From: Streptomyces griseus
GTDB taxonomy: Bacteria; Actinomycetota; Actinomycetes; Nanopelagicales; Nanopelagicaceae
Assembly (NCBI GenBank): GCA_945884695.1
Contig: CAMCYO010000004.1
Span: 56,648-120,647, forward strand
Direction of reading: 5' to 3'
DNA: 64,000 bases
Below, in pieces: positions 54,733 to 63,662 of the stretch; the stretch's first letter is position 1, and every line of letters starts with the position of its first letter. The position numbers and the translations under genes are program-made. The notes below the pieces were generated by a model that was given only the letters and a program-made list of their open reading frames with translations, searched no databases and had not been told where the DNA came from.

Positions 54733-55551
54733 TCAGGCATTTAAGGGAGTATTGGCGGTAGAAATAACCACTGTGGCCACTGAGAGTTTGCGGATTTGCC
54801 CAGTGATTGCACGCGCAACGCCATTATGTGTCCATGTTCCTCCCCAGGTCGCCAACATCGTGACCAGATATGTCCCCGCATGGCTGTAGGTATGTGAAAT
54901 TTCATCACTTGGAAAAGGTGCGCCAAATTTAGTTGTAGTAAAAAAGGTTCCGTCCCCATAGCTCCATAGGAAAGATGGACGCATTGTTACATCAATAACT
55001 TCTCCAATAATTGACACTTGAGTTGTAAAGATGGCAGGTAAGTGGGCCCAATAAATTATCGGAACATTTACTAACGCACCGCTTTGTGGTTGGCGCGCGA
55101 TGGCCCCATTCGGTAATAGTTTTTCAAGTCGATCATTGAGTGAGACCCCAGCAGTTGAAGCAACTTTAGGTACCACTTTGGCAATCACCTTGGCCACTAC
55201 TTTTCTAAGAACCTTTTTTCTGGGAGTTGGTGCAATATAAGGTTTTACCGTTGCGGGTTTATTCGATGTTCGAGGCGTAAATATAGGTTCTGGCGAAGTT
55301 TTTACTCGCGGTTTTGGCGTTGACTTTGGCGTTGGCTTTGGCGAAATTTGCGCATTCTTGCCACTGCCCTTTCTTCCTTCAATAATTATTTTTCCATTCT
55401 GCGTGTAAACGCTCAGACATGCAGAATCGATGCAATCAACAGCAAATGCTCGGTAAGGGTCAACCAGCGATAGAAGAACTACTACAGGACATACAAGGGC
55501 AAGAGTTATGATGCAGATTCGGTGAGAGTTTTTTAACTTTGATAGCGACAT
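54733..55551 (-). CDS. Secreted/anchored protein: signal-anchor, Pro/Lys/Thr-rich linker, PKD-like beta domain
   Basis: N-terminal hydrophobic CIITLALVCPVVVLLSL; linker PKPTPKSTPKPRVKTSPEP; C-terminal WSYGDGTFF...HTYSHAGTYLVT resembles the PKD WxFGDG...HxYxxxGxY pattern. Confidence 0.5.
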   Translation of the reverse strand: MSLSKLKNSHRICIITLALVCPVVVLLSLVDPYRAFAVDCIDSACLSVYTQNGKIIIEGRKGSGKNAQISPKPTPKSTPKPRVKTSPEPIFTPRTSNKPATVKPYIAPTPRKKVLRKVVAKVIAKVVPKVASTAGVSLNDRLEKLLPNGAIARQPQSGALVNVPIIYWAHLPAIFTTQVSIIGEVIDVTMRPSFLWSYGDGTFFTTTKFGAPFPSDEISHTYSHAGTYLVTMLATWGGTWTHNGVARAITGQIRKLSVATVVISTANTPLNA

Positions 55552-55640
55552 AGTGCGAGCCTAAGAGTCTGCAAAAAAGTCTGAAGGAAGTACATGCCGC
55601 TCCTGTGGAAAGAGGCCGTGACACCCTCTAATGTAGAGCC

Positions 55641-56099
55641 ATGGTCGCGCGCGATGGTGATGGTTGGGTTGAATGCCATTGCGGAGGCAAGCATTGGGGT
55701 GTACACGGGGCAGCAGGGCTACTCATGGTTCGAGAGCAATCACTGCTTTTGCAACATCGATCAGAGTGGGTTCATAACGGAGATACCTGGGGAATTCCAG
55801 GTGGCGCTCGAGATTCGCATGAAACGCCCGTTGAAGCAGCAATTAGAGAAGCCGTTGAGGAATGTGGAATCGAACCCGAACATCTTCGTGTCATACAAAC
55901 GCATTCTGATGACCACGGTCAATGGCGCTATGACACCGTAATCGCACGTGCAACACCGCTACTTATTCCGCACCAAATGAATTCAGAGGCTCAAGAGTTA
56001 CGATGGGTTGAATGGGGCGCAGTCGATTCGATGCTTCTGCATCCAAGTTTTGCAACATCGTGGCCAACAGTCAAAGCGCTACTGCACACTCTTTTTTAG
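55641..56099 (+). CDS. NUDIX hydrolase
   Basis: Nudix box GIPGGARDSHETPVEAAIREAVEECGI. Confidence 0.85.
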   Translation: MVARDGDGWVECHCGGKHWGVHGAAGLLMVREQSLLLQHRSEWVHNGDTWGIPGGARDSHETPVEAAIREAVEECGIEPEHLRVIQTHSDDHGQWRYDTVIARATPLLIPHQMNSEAQELRWVEWGAVDSMLLHPSFATSWPTVKALLHTLF

Positions 56100-56114
56100 C
56101 ATAATCCTAAAACT

Positions 56115-58115
56115 TTATTTTTCGTCGAAACTTTCTGCCAACCTCGAAAGTGATTCTTTCACAATTGCTGCATCGGATGTCCGCCACAGGGGTGGCATCG
56201 AATTGAGAAGCGTTGATCCATATCTTTTGGTCACAATTCTCGAATCCAATATTGCTACTACTCCCCGATCTTCCTCTGATCGAATCAAACGCCCGGTGCC
56301 CTGTGCCAACATCAGGGCCGCGCGCGGAAGGGAAACTTGCATAAAACCACTTCCGCCTTCTGCATCAATTTCTGCAGCGCGCGCTGACATCACAGGATCA
56401 TCTGGACGTGGAAATGGAATCCGATCAATTGCTACCAAAATGCATGCAGCACCCGGAACATCAACGCCTTGCCACAAACTCATTGTTCCTAAAAGAATAG
56501 ATGTCTCATCTTTAATAAAGCGCTCAACAAGTGGACCAACAGCGTCGCCTCGTTTTTGCGTAATTATTTTGATCGGCAACTCTGCCAATACTTTTCGCAA
56601 GTGCGCGTCCGCTGCTTCAACGCCTCGCCATGATGAGAAGAGTGCAAGTGTTCGCCCGCCAGCTGCATCGATTAACTCGCCCAACTCAGTTAACGCTTCA
56701 ATACTTGGGCCATCTCTGCCCGGTTCAGGAAGATGTTTAGGCAGATACAACATTCCTTGGTTTGCAAAATCAAAAGGCGAGCCAACATCGAGCATCTGCA
56801 CATTTGCCGGATCTACATCTCCTGCCTCAACTTCAGTATCAGCATCATCTCCTACAACGAAACCAATGTTGCGCGCCATTGCATCAAAGCCTTTGCCCAC
56901 TGTCAGCGTTGCAGATGTTGCAATGACCGGAGTCTTGGTGAGCAAATTGTTGCGAAGAACAGAGGAAACACTGAGCGGCGCAAGGTGCAAAGTAGAAAAA
57001 GTAGGTTCATACCAAAGCACTTGCCCCGCGCCCAATTTAAGTAATTTGCCTGCTGTTGTCGAAACTTCATTCACTGCGCCCTTTACTCGCGCTCTTTCAG
57101 CGATCGCATCGGAATCAATAATCTCTTCATCAGCCCCAATGGATTGCATAATGGCTTGTGCACTTTCGCGGACTTTACGGATGGGTGATTCCAGGGCAGA
57201 AGGAAGCTCGCTCAATCTTCCTTGGAGTGAGGTATCAAATTTCACGCTTTGGCCGTACTCGTCCATTGCATCGTCAAAAGCATCGGCAGCCTTTGTAAAA
57301 GCATCAGATAGCTTTCCTGGTAAATGCTTACGGGCCATAGCGGCAGCGCGTGACACGCGAGGTCCTGTTAATTCCTCAGTGACGGCTTGCGTTGTGCGAT
57401 CCATAAACTCGTGTGCCTCGTCCAAAATAACGGCGTCTCGTTCTGGCAAAATCGGATGTGAGTCAACAATTTCAATTGCTAATAGGGTGTGATTTGTAAC
57501 CACAACATCAGCGCTCTGGGCTTTAGCCTTTGCAAGGGCTGCAAAGCATTGATGTCCATAAGCACAAACATCTGCCCCCACGCACTCGCGACCGCTGAGC
57601 GAATTCGCAGCCCATACTCTTCGATCCACATCGGGTGCGTCATCGCGATCTCCTGAAACCCCTGGAACTTTTGCCCAGGCATGTAAACGCTTGGCATCGG
57701 CTCCTAAACTTGAAAGTTCTAAAACGAGTTCGCCATCAGGATCTGGATTTTCGCTATTCATCTTCTGCAAACATAAGTAATTACCCACACCTTTATAAAT
57801 ACCAAAAGTAATAGTGCGCCCTAAAACTTTTTCAAGGGCAGGCACGATTCGAGGAAGGTCTCGCTCAACTAACTGCCTCTGCAAAGCAAGGGTTGCCGTT
57901 GCTACTAAAACTTTTTTTCCGTGTACAAGGGCGGGCACCAAATACGCCAAAGACTTTCCGGTGCCAGTTCCTGCTTGAACCATAAGGTGATGGCGATTTG
58001 AAAGTGCGTTAGCTACCGCTTCGGCCATTTCGATTTGACCTTCACGTGAAGTTCCACCAATTGCCTCAATGGCAGCATCGAGGGCTTTGCGCACTTGCGC
58101 AGAAATGTCACTCAC
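56115..58115 (-). CDS. dinG: ATP-dependent DinG/XPD-family (Rad3-like) DNA helicase
   Basis: Walker A QAGTGTGKSLAYLVPAL; DEAH-type ILDEAHEF; C-terminal helicase motifs ILLGTMSLWQGVDVPG and RLIRSEEDRGVVAILD. GTG start with AAGGTGG 4 nt upstream. Confidence 0.8.
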   Translation of the reverse strand: MSDISAQVRKALDAAIEAIGGTSREGQIEMAEAVANALSNRHHLMVQAGTGTGKSLAYLVPALVHGKKVLVATATLALQRQLVERDLPRIVPALEKVLGRTITFGIYKGVGNYLCLQKMNSENPDPDGELVLELSSLGADAKRLHAWAKVPGVSGDRDDAPDVDRRVWAANSLSGRECVGADVCAYGHQCFAALAKAKAQSADVVVTNHTLLAIEIVDSHPILPERDAVILDEAHEFMDRTTQAVTEELTGPRVSRAAAMARKHLPGKLSDAFTKAADAFDDAMDEYGQSVKFDTSLQGRLSELPSALESPIRKVRESAQAIMQSIGADEEIIDSDAIAERARVKGAVNEVSTTAGKLLKLGAGQVLWYEPTFSTLHLAPLSVSSVLRNNLLTKTPVIATSATLTVGKGFDAMARNIGFVVGDDADTEVEAGDVDPANVQMLDVGSPFDFANQGMLYLPKHLPEPGRDGPSIEALTELGELIDAAGGRTLALFSSWRGVEAADAHLRKVLAELPIKIITQKRGDAVGPLVERFIKDETSILLGTMSLWQGVDVPGAACILVAIDRIPFPRPDDPVMSARAAEIDAEGGSGFMQVSLPRAALMLAQGTGRLIRSEEDRGVVAILDSRIVTKRYGSTLLNSMPPLWRTSDAAIVKESLSRLAESFDEK

Positions 58116-58149
58116 TGAGCCACCTTATCGATAAGTTCTAGCTGTAACG

Positions 58150-58184
58150 AAAAACCCTCGGTCCTATATGGGCCGAGGGTTTTT
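58150..58184 (-). terminator. Intrinsic terminator after nrdJ (AAAAACCCTCGG-N11-CCGAGGGTTTTT)
   Basis: 12-bp stem flanked by A5/T5 tracts (bidirectional form), starting 26 nt downstream of the nrdJ stop. Confidence 0.8.
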
Positions 58185-58209
58185 CTTAAAACGATTTAGC
58201 TACAGCAGG

Positions 58210-61038
58210 TTAACTGCAACCTGAGGTGTTACCGCAACCTTCGCAGACATAGCAGGCACCCGATGCGCGCATCTTGACTCCGCATGTCATACACAGTGGA
58301 GCATCAGATTTAATACCTGAAATTGCTTCAAGAAGTTCAGTGGATGATCCGAAAGTAATGGGCGCAGATTCGATTGCTACCGCTACAGGTTTGGTTGGCG
58401 CTTTAGCAACGGGTGCAACAGGAGTTTCAGTGCGATCAAACTCATCAAGTTCGTCGACAACATCTTCTGTGTATTGACCCGTCTCAAGGGCGCGTGCGCG
58501 CTCTGAAGCGGTGTAGAGACCAATACCTGAACGCGCTTCAAAGGGCAGGTAATCAAGGGCAAGGCGGCGGAAGATGTAATCCATCATGGATTGCGCAATG
58601 CGAATGTCAGCATCATCTGTCATTCCACTTGGCTCAAATCGCAAGTTAGTAAATTTCTCAACAAATGTTTGTAGAGGAACTCCGTATTGCAAACCAATGG
58701 ATACGGCAATGGAGAATGCATCCATAACGCCGGCAAGTGTTGAACCTTGCTTACCGAGTTTGAGGAATACCTCGCCAAGTGCGCCGTCGGCGTACGCACC
58801 TGATGTCATGTAACCCTCAGCGCCTCCAACAGAGAACGATGTTGTCATCGATGGACGTGACTTAGGCAAACGCTTGCGAACAGCAAGTGCTGGAGCTGAT
58901 GCAACAGGTGTATCTGTTTTTGCAGCTTTACCATCAGAGAGTGGTTGTCCAACTTTGCAATTGTCGCGATACACGGCAAGTGCCTTAAGTCCGAGTTTCC
59001 AACCTTCGTAATAAACCTCTTCTACTTCTTCAACAGTTGCCTCTGCTGGCAAGTTGACTGTCTTTGAAATTGCACCCGACAAGAACGGCTGACATGCAGC
59101 CATCATTCGAACGTGGCCCATGGGCGCGATCGAACGTGCGCCAAGTGCGCAGTCAAAGATGTCGTAGTGCTCAGGCTTGAGGCCAGGTGCGTCAATGACG
59201 TGGCCCTTTGCCGCGATGAATTCGACAATGGCTTCAATGGTTTCTTCGGTGTAACCAAGTTTGCGAAGTGCTGCAGGAACTGTCTGGTTAACGATCTGCA
59301 TGGATCCGCCACCGACAAGTTTTTTGAACTTCACCAGTGAGAAATCAGGCTCGATACCAGTTGTATCGCAATCCATCATCAAACCAATGGTTCCTGTTGG
59401 TGCAAGAACGGAAATCTGGGCATTGCGCCAGCCGTTCTTTTCACCAGTTGTAAGGCATGAATCCCACGCCTTATTTGCCTCTGTCCAGACATCGCGATCA
59501 AGTGTTGTCATGGATTTAGCAGATGTCGACGCTGCTGCATGTTTGCGCATAACGCGAGCATGTGGAGCAGAGTTGCGAGCAAATCCTTCGTATGGCCCAA
59601 CAATTGCTGCAAGTTCTGCAGAGCGCTTGTATGTAATTCCACTCATGAGTGAGGTGATTGCGCCAGCAAGGGCACGTCCGCCTTCTGAATCGTAGGCAAG
59701 ACCTGATGCCATAAGCAGGGCTCCCAAGTTTGCGTAACCGATTCCGAGTTGGCGATATGCGCGAGTTGTCTCACCAATTGCCAGAGTTGGGAAATCTGCA
59801 AAACAGATAGAGATATCCATGGCGGTAATGATCATCTCTGCTGCGCGACCAAATGTCTTTGCATCAAATGAACCATCTGATTTGAGGAATTTCATTAAGT
59901 TAATAGAAGCTAAGTTGCACGATGAGTTATCAAGTGACATGTACTCAGAGCAAGGGTTGGATGCATTAATGCGTCCGGTCTCTGGGTTTGTGTGCCAATC
60001 ATTGATGGTGTCGTCGTACTGAATTCCAGGATCAGCACATGCCCATGCAGCCTCTGCCATCTTGCGAAAGAGTGTGCGTGCATCAATAGTTTCGATTACT
60101 TCACCAGTTGAGCGAGCCTTAAGACCAAATTCTGTTCCGCCTTCAAATGCGCGCATGAAATCATCGCTGACACGTACAGAGTTGTTTGCGTTTTGGTATT
60201 GCACAGAGATGATGTCTTTGCCACCAAGATCCATATCAAAACCTGCATCGCGAAGGGCACGAATCTTGTTCTCTTCGTTAACTTTTGTCTCTATAAATTC
60301 TTCAATATCTGGATGATCTACATCGAGAACAACCATCTTTGCAGCTCTTCGTGTTGCTCCACCTGATTTGATTGTGCCAGCAGATGCATCGGCTCCGCGC
60401 ATAAAGGAGACTGGGCCAGAGGCAGTTCCGCCTGATTTAAGAAGTTCTTTTGATGAGCGAATACGCGACAAGTTAAGGCCAGCACCTGATCCGCCCTTGA
60501 AAATCATTCCTTCTTCGCGGTACCAGTTAAGGATTGAATCCATGGTGTCCTCGACGGAGAGAATAAAACATGCGCTCACTTGTTGAGGAGCTGCAGTACC
60601 CACGTTAAACCAGACAGGTGAGTTGAAAGAGAAAATTTGGTGCAACAACATATGGGTGAGTTCGTGTTCGAAAATTTCGGCATCAGCATCTGTTGCAAAG
60701 TAGCCATGTTCTTTTCCGGCCTTTGCATAGGTCAAAACAACGCGGTCGATTACTTGCTTCAGTGACCATTCGCGATTTTCTGCGCCAACTGCTCCACGGA
60801 AATATTTTGTTGTAACGATCATCGATGCGTTAACAGACCAGAAATCTGGATACTCTACGCCGTGTTGTTCGAAAACAATCTCGCCGCTCTTCCAGTTGGT
60901 CTGCACGACATCTCGACGCTCCCACGTTACTTCGTCATACGGGTGTACTCCAGCTTTTGTGTAAATCCGCTCGAGTGTTAAACCCTTGCCTGACTTAGTA
61001 GTGGACTTGCCTGGTCGATTGATGACCGTCTCTGACAT
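58210..61038 (-). CDS. nrdJ: Class II (adenosylcobalamin-dependent) ribonucleotide reductase
   Basis: 942 aa with NPCSEY (active-site Cys region), SCNLASINL, and a C-terminal Cys-rich zinc-ribbon tail CMTCG...CYVCEGCGNTSGCS. It lies downstream of nrdR. Confidence 0.9.
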   Translation of the reverse strand: MSETVINRPGKSTTKSGKGLTLERIYTKAGVHPYDEVTWERRDVVQTNWKSGEIVFEQHGVEYPDFWSVNASMIVTTKYFRGAVGAENREWSLKQVIDRVVLTYAKAGKEHGYFATDADAEIFEHELTHMLLHQIFSFNSPVWFNVGTAAPQQVSACFILSVEDTMDSILNWYREEGMIFKGGSGAGLNLSRIRSSKELLKSGGTASGPVSFMRGADASAGTIKSGGATRRAAKMVVLDVDHPDIEEFIETKVNEENKIRALRDAGFDMDLGGKDIISVQYQNANNSVRVSDDFMRAFEGGTEFGLKARSTGEVIETIDARTLFRKMAEAAWACADPGIQYDDTINDWHTNPETGRINASNPCSEYMSLDNSSCNLASINLMKFLKSDGSFDAKTFGRAAEMIITAMDISICFADFPTLAIGETTRAYRQLGIGYANLGALLMASGLAYDSEGGRALAGAITSLMSGITYKRSAELAAIVGPYEGFARNSAPHARVMRKHAAASTSAKSMTTLDRDVWTEANKAWDSCLTTGEKNGWRNAQISVLAPTGTIGLMMDCDTTGIEPDFSLVKFKKLVGGGSMQIVNQTVPAALRKLGYTEETIEAIVEFIAAKGHVIDAPGLKPEHYDIFDCALGARSIAPMGHVRMMAACQPFLSGAISKTVNLPAEATVEEVEEVYYEGWKLGLKALAVYRDNCKVGQPLSDGKAAKTDTPVASAPALAVRKRLPKSRPSMTTSFSVGGAEGYMTSGAYADGALGEVFLKLGKQGSTLAGVMDAFSIAVSIGLQYGVPLQTFVEKFTNLRFEPSGMTDDADIRIAQSMMDYIFRRLALDYLPFEARSGIGLYTASERARALETGQYTEDVVDELDEFDRTETPVAPVAKAPTKPVAVAIESAPITFGSSTELLEAISGIKSDAPLCMTCGVKMRASGACYVCEGCGNTSGCS

Positions 61039-61052
61039 CTGTTATTCCCCTA

Positions 61053-61104
61053 GTTCTTTTAAGTAGTTCGTCGTCGTGGTTCTTGGTGGTTCTTTGTCGT
61101 TCTT
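61053..61104. repeat. Five phased GTTC(T/G)T hexamers in the nrdR-nrdJ spacer
   Basis: Copies begin at 61053, 61066, 61079, 61089 and 61099 (spacing 13, 13, 10, 10). On the mRNA strand they read A(A/C)GAAC. Confidence 0.6.
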
Positions 61105-61107
61105 TTT

Positions 61108-61620
61108 TTAGCGGGTCTTTGTTAGGGAATTTTCCTGCGTTTTATTTACTGGGGTAGTACTCGATGGCACAGCTCGCAGTAAAGCGATCTCGCCTTCGAA
61201 ATCTTCAAGGGAGTTAAAGTTACGGTAAACCGAGGCATAACGCAGGTAGGCAACTTCATCGAGTTCACGAAGGGGTGCCAAGATGGCCAAGCCCACTTCT
61301 TGTGCTTCGATTTCTGCCTGACCTGATGCGCGAAGAGTTTCCTCTACGCGTTGGGCCAGGAGTGCTAAATCATCGTTATTAACGGGCCGACCCTGGCAAG
61401 CCTTGCCAACGCCGGCAATTACTTTCTCGCGACTAAAGGGCTCAGTAGCGCCAGATCGTTTGATGATATTGAGCAACGTTGTCTCTTGGGTTGAAAAGCG
61501 AGCGCCACATTCTGGGCATTCGCGACGACGGCGAATTTGGGTTCCATCTTCGACAGGACGTGAGTCAACAACGCGCGAATCATCATGTCGGCAAAATGGG
61601 CAGATCATCCGGCGTGTCAT
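61108..61620 (-). CDS. nrdR: Transcriptional repressor NrdR
   Basis: Zinc ribbon MICPFCRH...[11 protein letters not shown] followed by an ATP-cone ([14 protein letters not shown]...[12 protein letters not shown]). Confidence 0.95.
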   Translation of the reverse strand: MTRRMICPFCRHDDSRVVDSRPVEDGTQIRRRRECPECGARFSTQETTLLNIIKRSGATEPFSREKVIAGVGKACQGRPVNNDDLALLAQRVEETLRASGQAEIEAQEVGLAILAPLRELDEVAYLRYASVYRNFNSLEDFEGEIALLRAVPSSTTPVNKTQENSLTKTR

Positions 61621-61684
61621 CCTTTCTTATGCTCCTTGGGGGTGTATTGGCGCTTTCGATTAATTCTCTACAAAGGCTCAAAAA

Positions 61685-61732
61685 CCACTATGTATGGAAC
61701 TATATCGCGCTTTTACCCCTACATCTAGTAGG
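61685..61732. promoter_or_regulatory. Probable tandem NrdR boxes (61685-61700 weaker, 61717-61732 strong)
   Basis: Box B, CCCCTACATCTAGTAG, fits the core of acaCwAnATnTwGtgt (CTAcATcTAG palindrome). Box A, CCACTATGTATGGAAC, fits 7/10 core positions. The start-to-start spacing of 32 bp matches the usual phased tandem arrangement. The boxes lie 65-112 bp upstream of nrdR. Confidence 0.55.
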
Positions 61733-61836
61733 AACTGTAAAGGAGGTCTTGAGGCTTTACCTGCATTGGCCAGATGAATTCTTCTAGGGCGTGTCGAGCT
61801 GGTACCGGCCCACCTCACCGAAATTTTGCGGAGAAA

Positions 61837-62175
61837 TTAGGAGGGAATGCGCAGACTCTGCCCTGCCTTTACATCGGGAACCAACAGAGAATTAACAGAG
61901 ATGATCTCCTCGGCCATGCCACGAACGTCGCCCCCATGGGAGGCAGCCAAGGCAATGGACCAGAGCGTGTCACCGGGGGCTACGGTGATTGTCGTAAAGG
62001 AAGGCGCTTTGCTGGGATTGAGTGAATCACCGGCACCTGCCTTCATGGCAAAGCCGGCACCTAAAACAATAGATAAAGAGAGCACCACAAGTGATCGCGT
62101 TAAGCGAGCGCGCCGATTAAGGCCCGAACGTGACGGATACGAATAAGCAGTTGAATTCAACGCGATTGCACTCAT
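61837..62175 (-). CDS. LysM-domain membrane protein divergent from lexA (ChiZ/Rv2719c-like arrangement)
   Basis: Arg-rich N-terminus, TM segment LVVLSLSIVLGAGFA, and C-terminal LysM domain ITVAPGDTLWSIA...SVNSL...VKAGQSLRIP. ATG 62175 has GGAG 8 nt upstream; an alternative leaderless ATG lies at 62229, next to SOS box 1. Confidence 0.75.
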   Translation of the reverse strand: MSAIALNSTAYSYPSRSGLNRRARLTRSLVVLSLSIVLGAGFAMKAGAGDSLNPSKAPSFTTITVAPGDTLWSIALAASHGGDVRGMAEEIISVNSLLVPDVKAGQSLRIPS

Positions 62176-62231
62176 GGTCTGATCTCCGGCGAACAAGTGC
62201 TTAGGGAAGGTACGAATCTGGTTGCCCATAT

Positions 62232-62247
62232 TCGAACGCCTGTTCGA
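62232..62247. promoter_or_regulatory. LexA operator 1, TCGAACGCCTGTTCGA (perfect half-sites)
   Basis: Exact TCGAAC-N4-GTTCGA, 57 bp upstream of the LysM gene ATG at 62175. Confidence 0.85.
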
Positions 62248-62289
62248 TAGGATATTTATACCCCACCCCACCGACATTAGCAAGAAAAT

Positions 62290-62305
62290 TCGAACAGATG
62301 TTTGA
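62290..62305. promoter_or_regulatory. LexA operator 2, TCGAACAGATGTTTGA (one mismatch)
   Basis: 11/12 half-site positions match. It lies 32 bp upstream of lexA ATG 62337 and contains an in-frame ATG (62298). Confidence 0.8.
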
Positions 62306-62336
62306 ATTATTTCCCAATCTGCCCTACCCTCATGCC

Positions 62337-63011
62337 ATGAGCAAAAAAAACCCAGACCCAATTTCGGAATTGCCCGATGGTCCAGCCGATGAGCATGGCC
62401 TGACCACCCGCCAGCTCAAGATCTTGCAGGTGATTAAAAGTGCGGTAATAACCAACGGATATCCGCCTTCTATGCGTGAAATCGGGGCCGCAGCCGGTCT
62501 TGCCTCCCCAGCCTCTGTGCAATATCAACTCCAGGCCCTTGAAAAGAAGGGCTTTATCCGGCGCGACCCCACCCGTGGTCGAGCCCTTGAAGTCTTGCTC
62601 CCTGGTGAAAACTCCGAATTTGTTGCCCCTGATAAAACCCGCATGATTCCATTGGTCGGTCGTATTGCAGCAGGTGGCCCGATTTTGGCCGAGCAGACGA
62701 TAGAAGAAACCTTTCCTTTGCCCGAATCCATTGTGGGTCAAGGTGAGTTATTTATGCTCAAAGTTGTGGGCGATTCCATGATCAACGCCGCTATTTGCGA
62801 TGGAGATTATGTTGTTATTCGCAGTCAAAAAGATTGCAATAAGGGCGAGATCGTTGCGGCCATGATCGATGGCGAAGCAACGGTTAAAACTTTCTCCAAA
62901 AAAGATGGCCACATCTGGCTCTTGCCAGCAAATGATGATTTCGCTCCCATAAATGGAGATAACTGTGAGATTCTTGGAAAAGTCACTGCAGTTTTACGAA
63001 GCGTTCACTAA
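62337..63011 (+). CDS. lexA: LexA repressor
   Basis: [12 protein letters not shown]...[10 protein letters not shown] winged HTH, cleavage site region [12 protein letters not shown], and S24 peptidase motifs VVGDSM and [16 protein letters not shown]. An alternative start is the in-frame ATG 62298 inside box 2. Confidence 0.95.
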   Translation: MSKKNPDPISELPDGPADEHGLTTRQLKILQVIKSAVITNGYPPSMREIGAAAGLASPASVQYQLQALEKKGFIRRDPTRGRALEVLLPGENSEFVAPDKTRMIPLVGRIAAGGPILAEQTIEETFPLPESIVGQGELFMLKVVGDSMINAAICDGDYVVIRSQKDCNKGEIVAAMIDGEATVKTFSKKDGHIWLLPANDDFAPINGDNCEILGKVTAVLRSVH

Positions 63012-63039
63012 GCACCATTTTCATTGAAAGGTCAAGCCA

Positions 63040-63372
63040 TTGAGATTGAGTTACATGGCGATGTTGATCTTCACAATACTTGGCTCGTTCTGGCTTGAGC
63101 TAGCGTTAAAAATTGGGGTACTAAGGCGCGTAAAGCGCTTATTTATCAGCGTTTTTCCAGTCTCTGTCATCTTTGTTCTCTGGGATGCCTACGCAATTAA
63201 ATCAGGGCACTGGCACTTTGATTCGAAACAAATTGTGGGTCTCTATGGGCCGTTTAATATTCCACTTGAAGAATTCTTATTTTTTATCGTTATCCCCATC
63301 GCATCGATTATGACCATTGAAAGTGTTCGCACCGTAAAGAAGCACTGGGTCGTGGGAGATGAGGACAAGTGA
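63040..63372 (+). CDS. crtYc: Lycopene cyclase domain protein (heterodimeric CrtYc type); likely start ATG 63055
   Basis: About 105 aa with 3 TM segments and the motif NIPLEEFLFFIVIP. Confidence 0.8.
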   Translation: MRLSYMAMLIFTILGSFWLELALKIGVLRRVKRLFISVFPVSVIFVLWDAYAIKSGHWHFDSKQIVGLYGPFNIPLEEFLFFIVIPIASIMTIESVRTVKKHWVVGDEDK

Positions 63373-63662
63373 CCTACTCAATGATTGCGTGTTTGGCCGT
63401 ACTCGCCTGCCTTGTCTTTGATCTCTTTATTGCAAAAACTTCAATGATAAGAAAGCGTGCTTTCTGGACTTCTTACGCAATCATTTTGCCCTTCCAACTC
63501 ATCACCAATTGGTGGCTGACTTCTCGCAATATCGTCATGTATAGCGATAACGCCATCTGGGGGCTTCGAATTACTAGCGCCCCTATTGAAGATTTGCTCT
63601 TTGGCTTCTCTCTCGTCCTGGCTGTTCTTGCCTCATGGGTCTACTGGGGCCGCAAATTGTAG
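63369..63662 (+). CDS. crtYd: Lycopene cyclase domain protein (CrtYd type)
   Basis: 97 aa with 3 TM segments and the motif APIEDLLFGFSLVL. GTGA overlap with crtYc. Confidence 0.8.
   Translation: MTYSMIACLAVLACLVFDLFIAKTSMIRKRAFWTSYAIILPFQLITNWWLTSRNIVMYSDNAIWGLRITSAPIEDLLFGFSLVLAVLASWVYWGRKL

Noticed and set aside
56008-57492. A 494-aa ORF on the + strand
   Set aside because: It lies entirely antisense to the DinG-like helicase gene, which has clear helicase motifs. Its translation is low-complexity and Ser/Ala/Arg/Pro-rich with no recognisable motif, so it is a shadow ORF.
58116-58149. A possible LexA site upstream of the dinG-like gene (TAGAAC-TTAT-CGATAA on the minus strand)
   Set aside because: Only one half-site resembles TCGAAC, and the other half matches GTTCGA poorly. 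It is not comparable to the three clear boxes elsewhere in the window.
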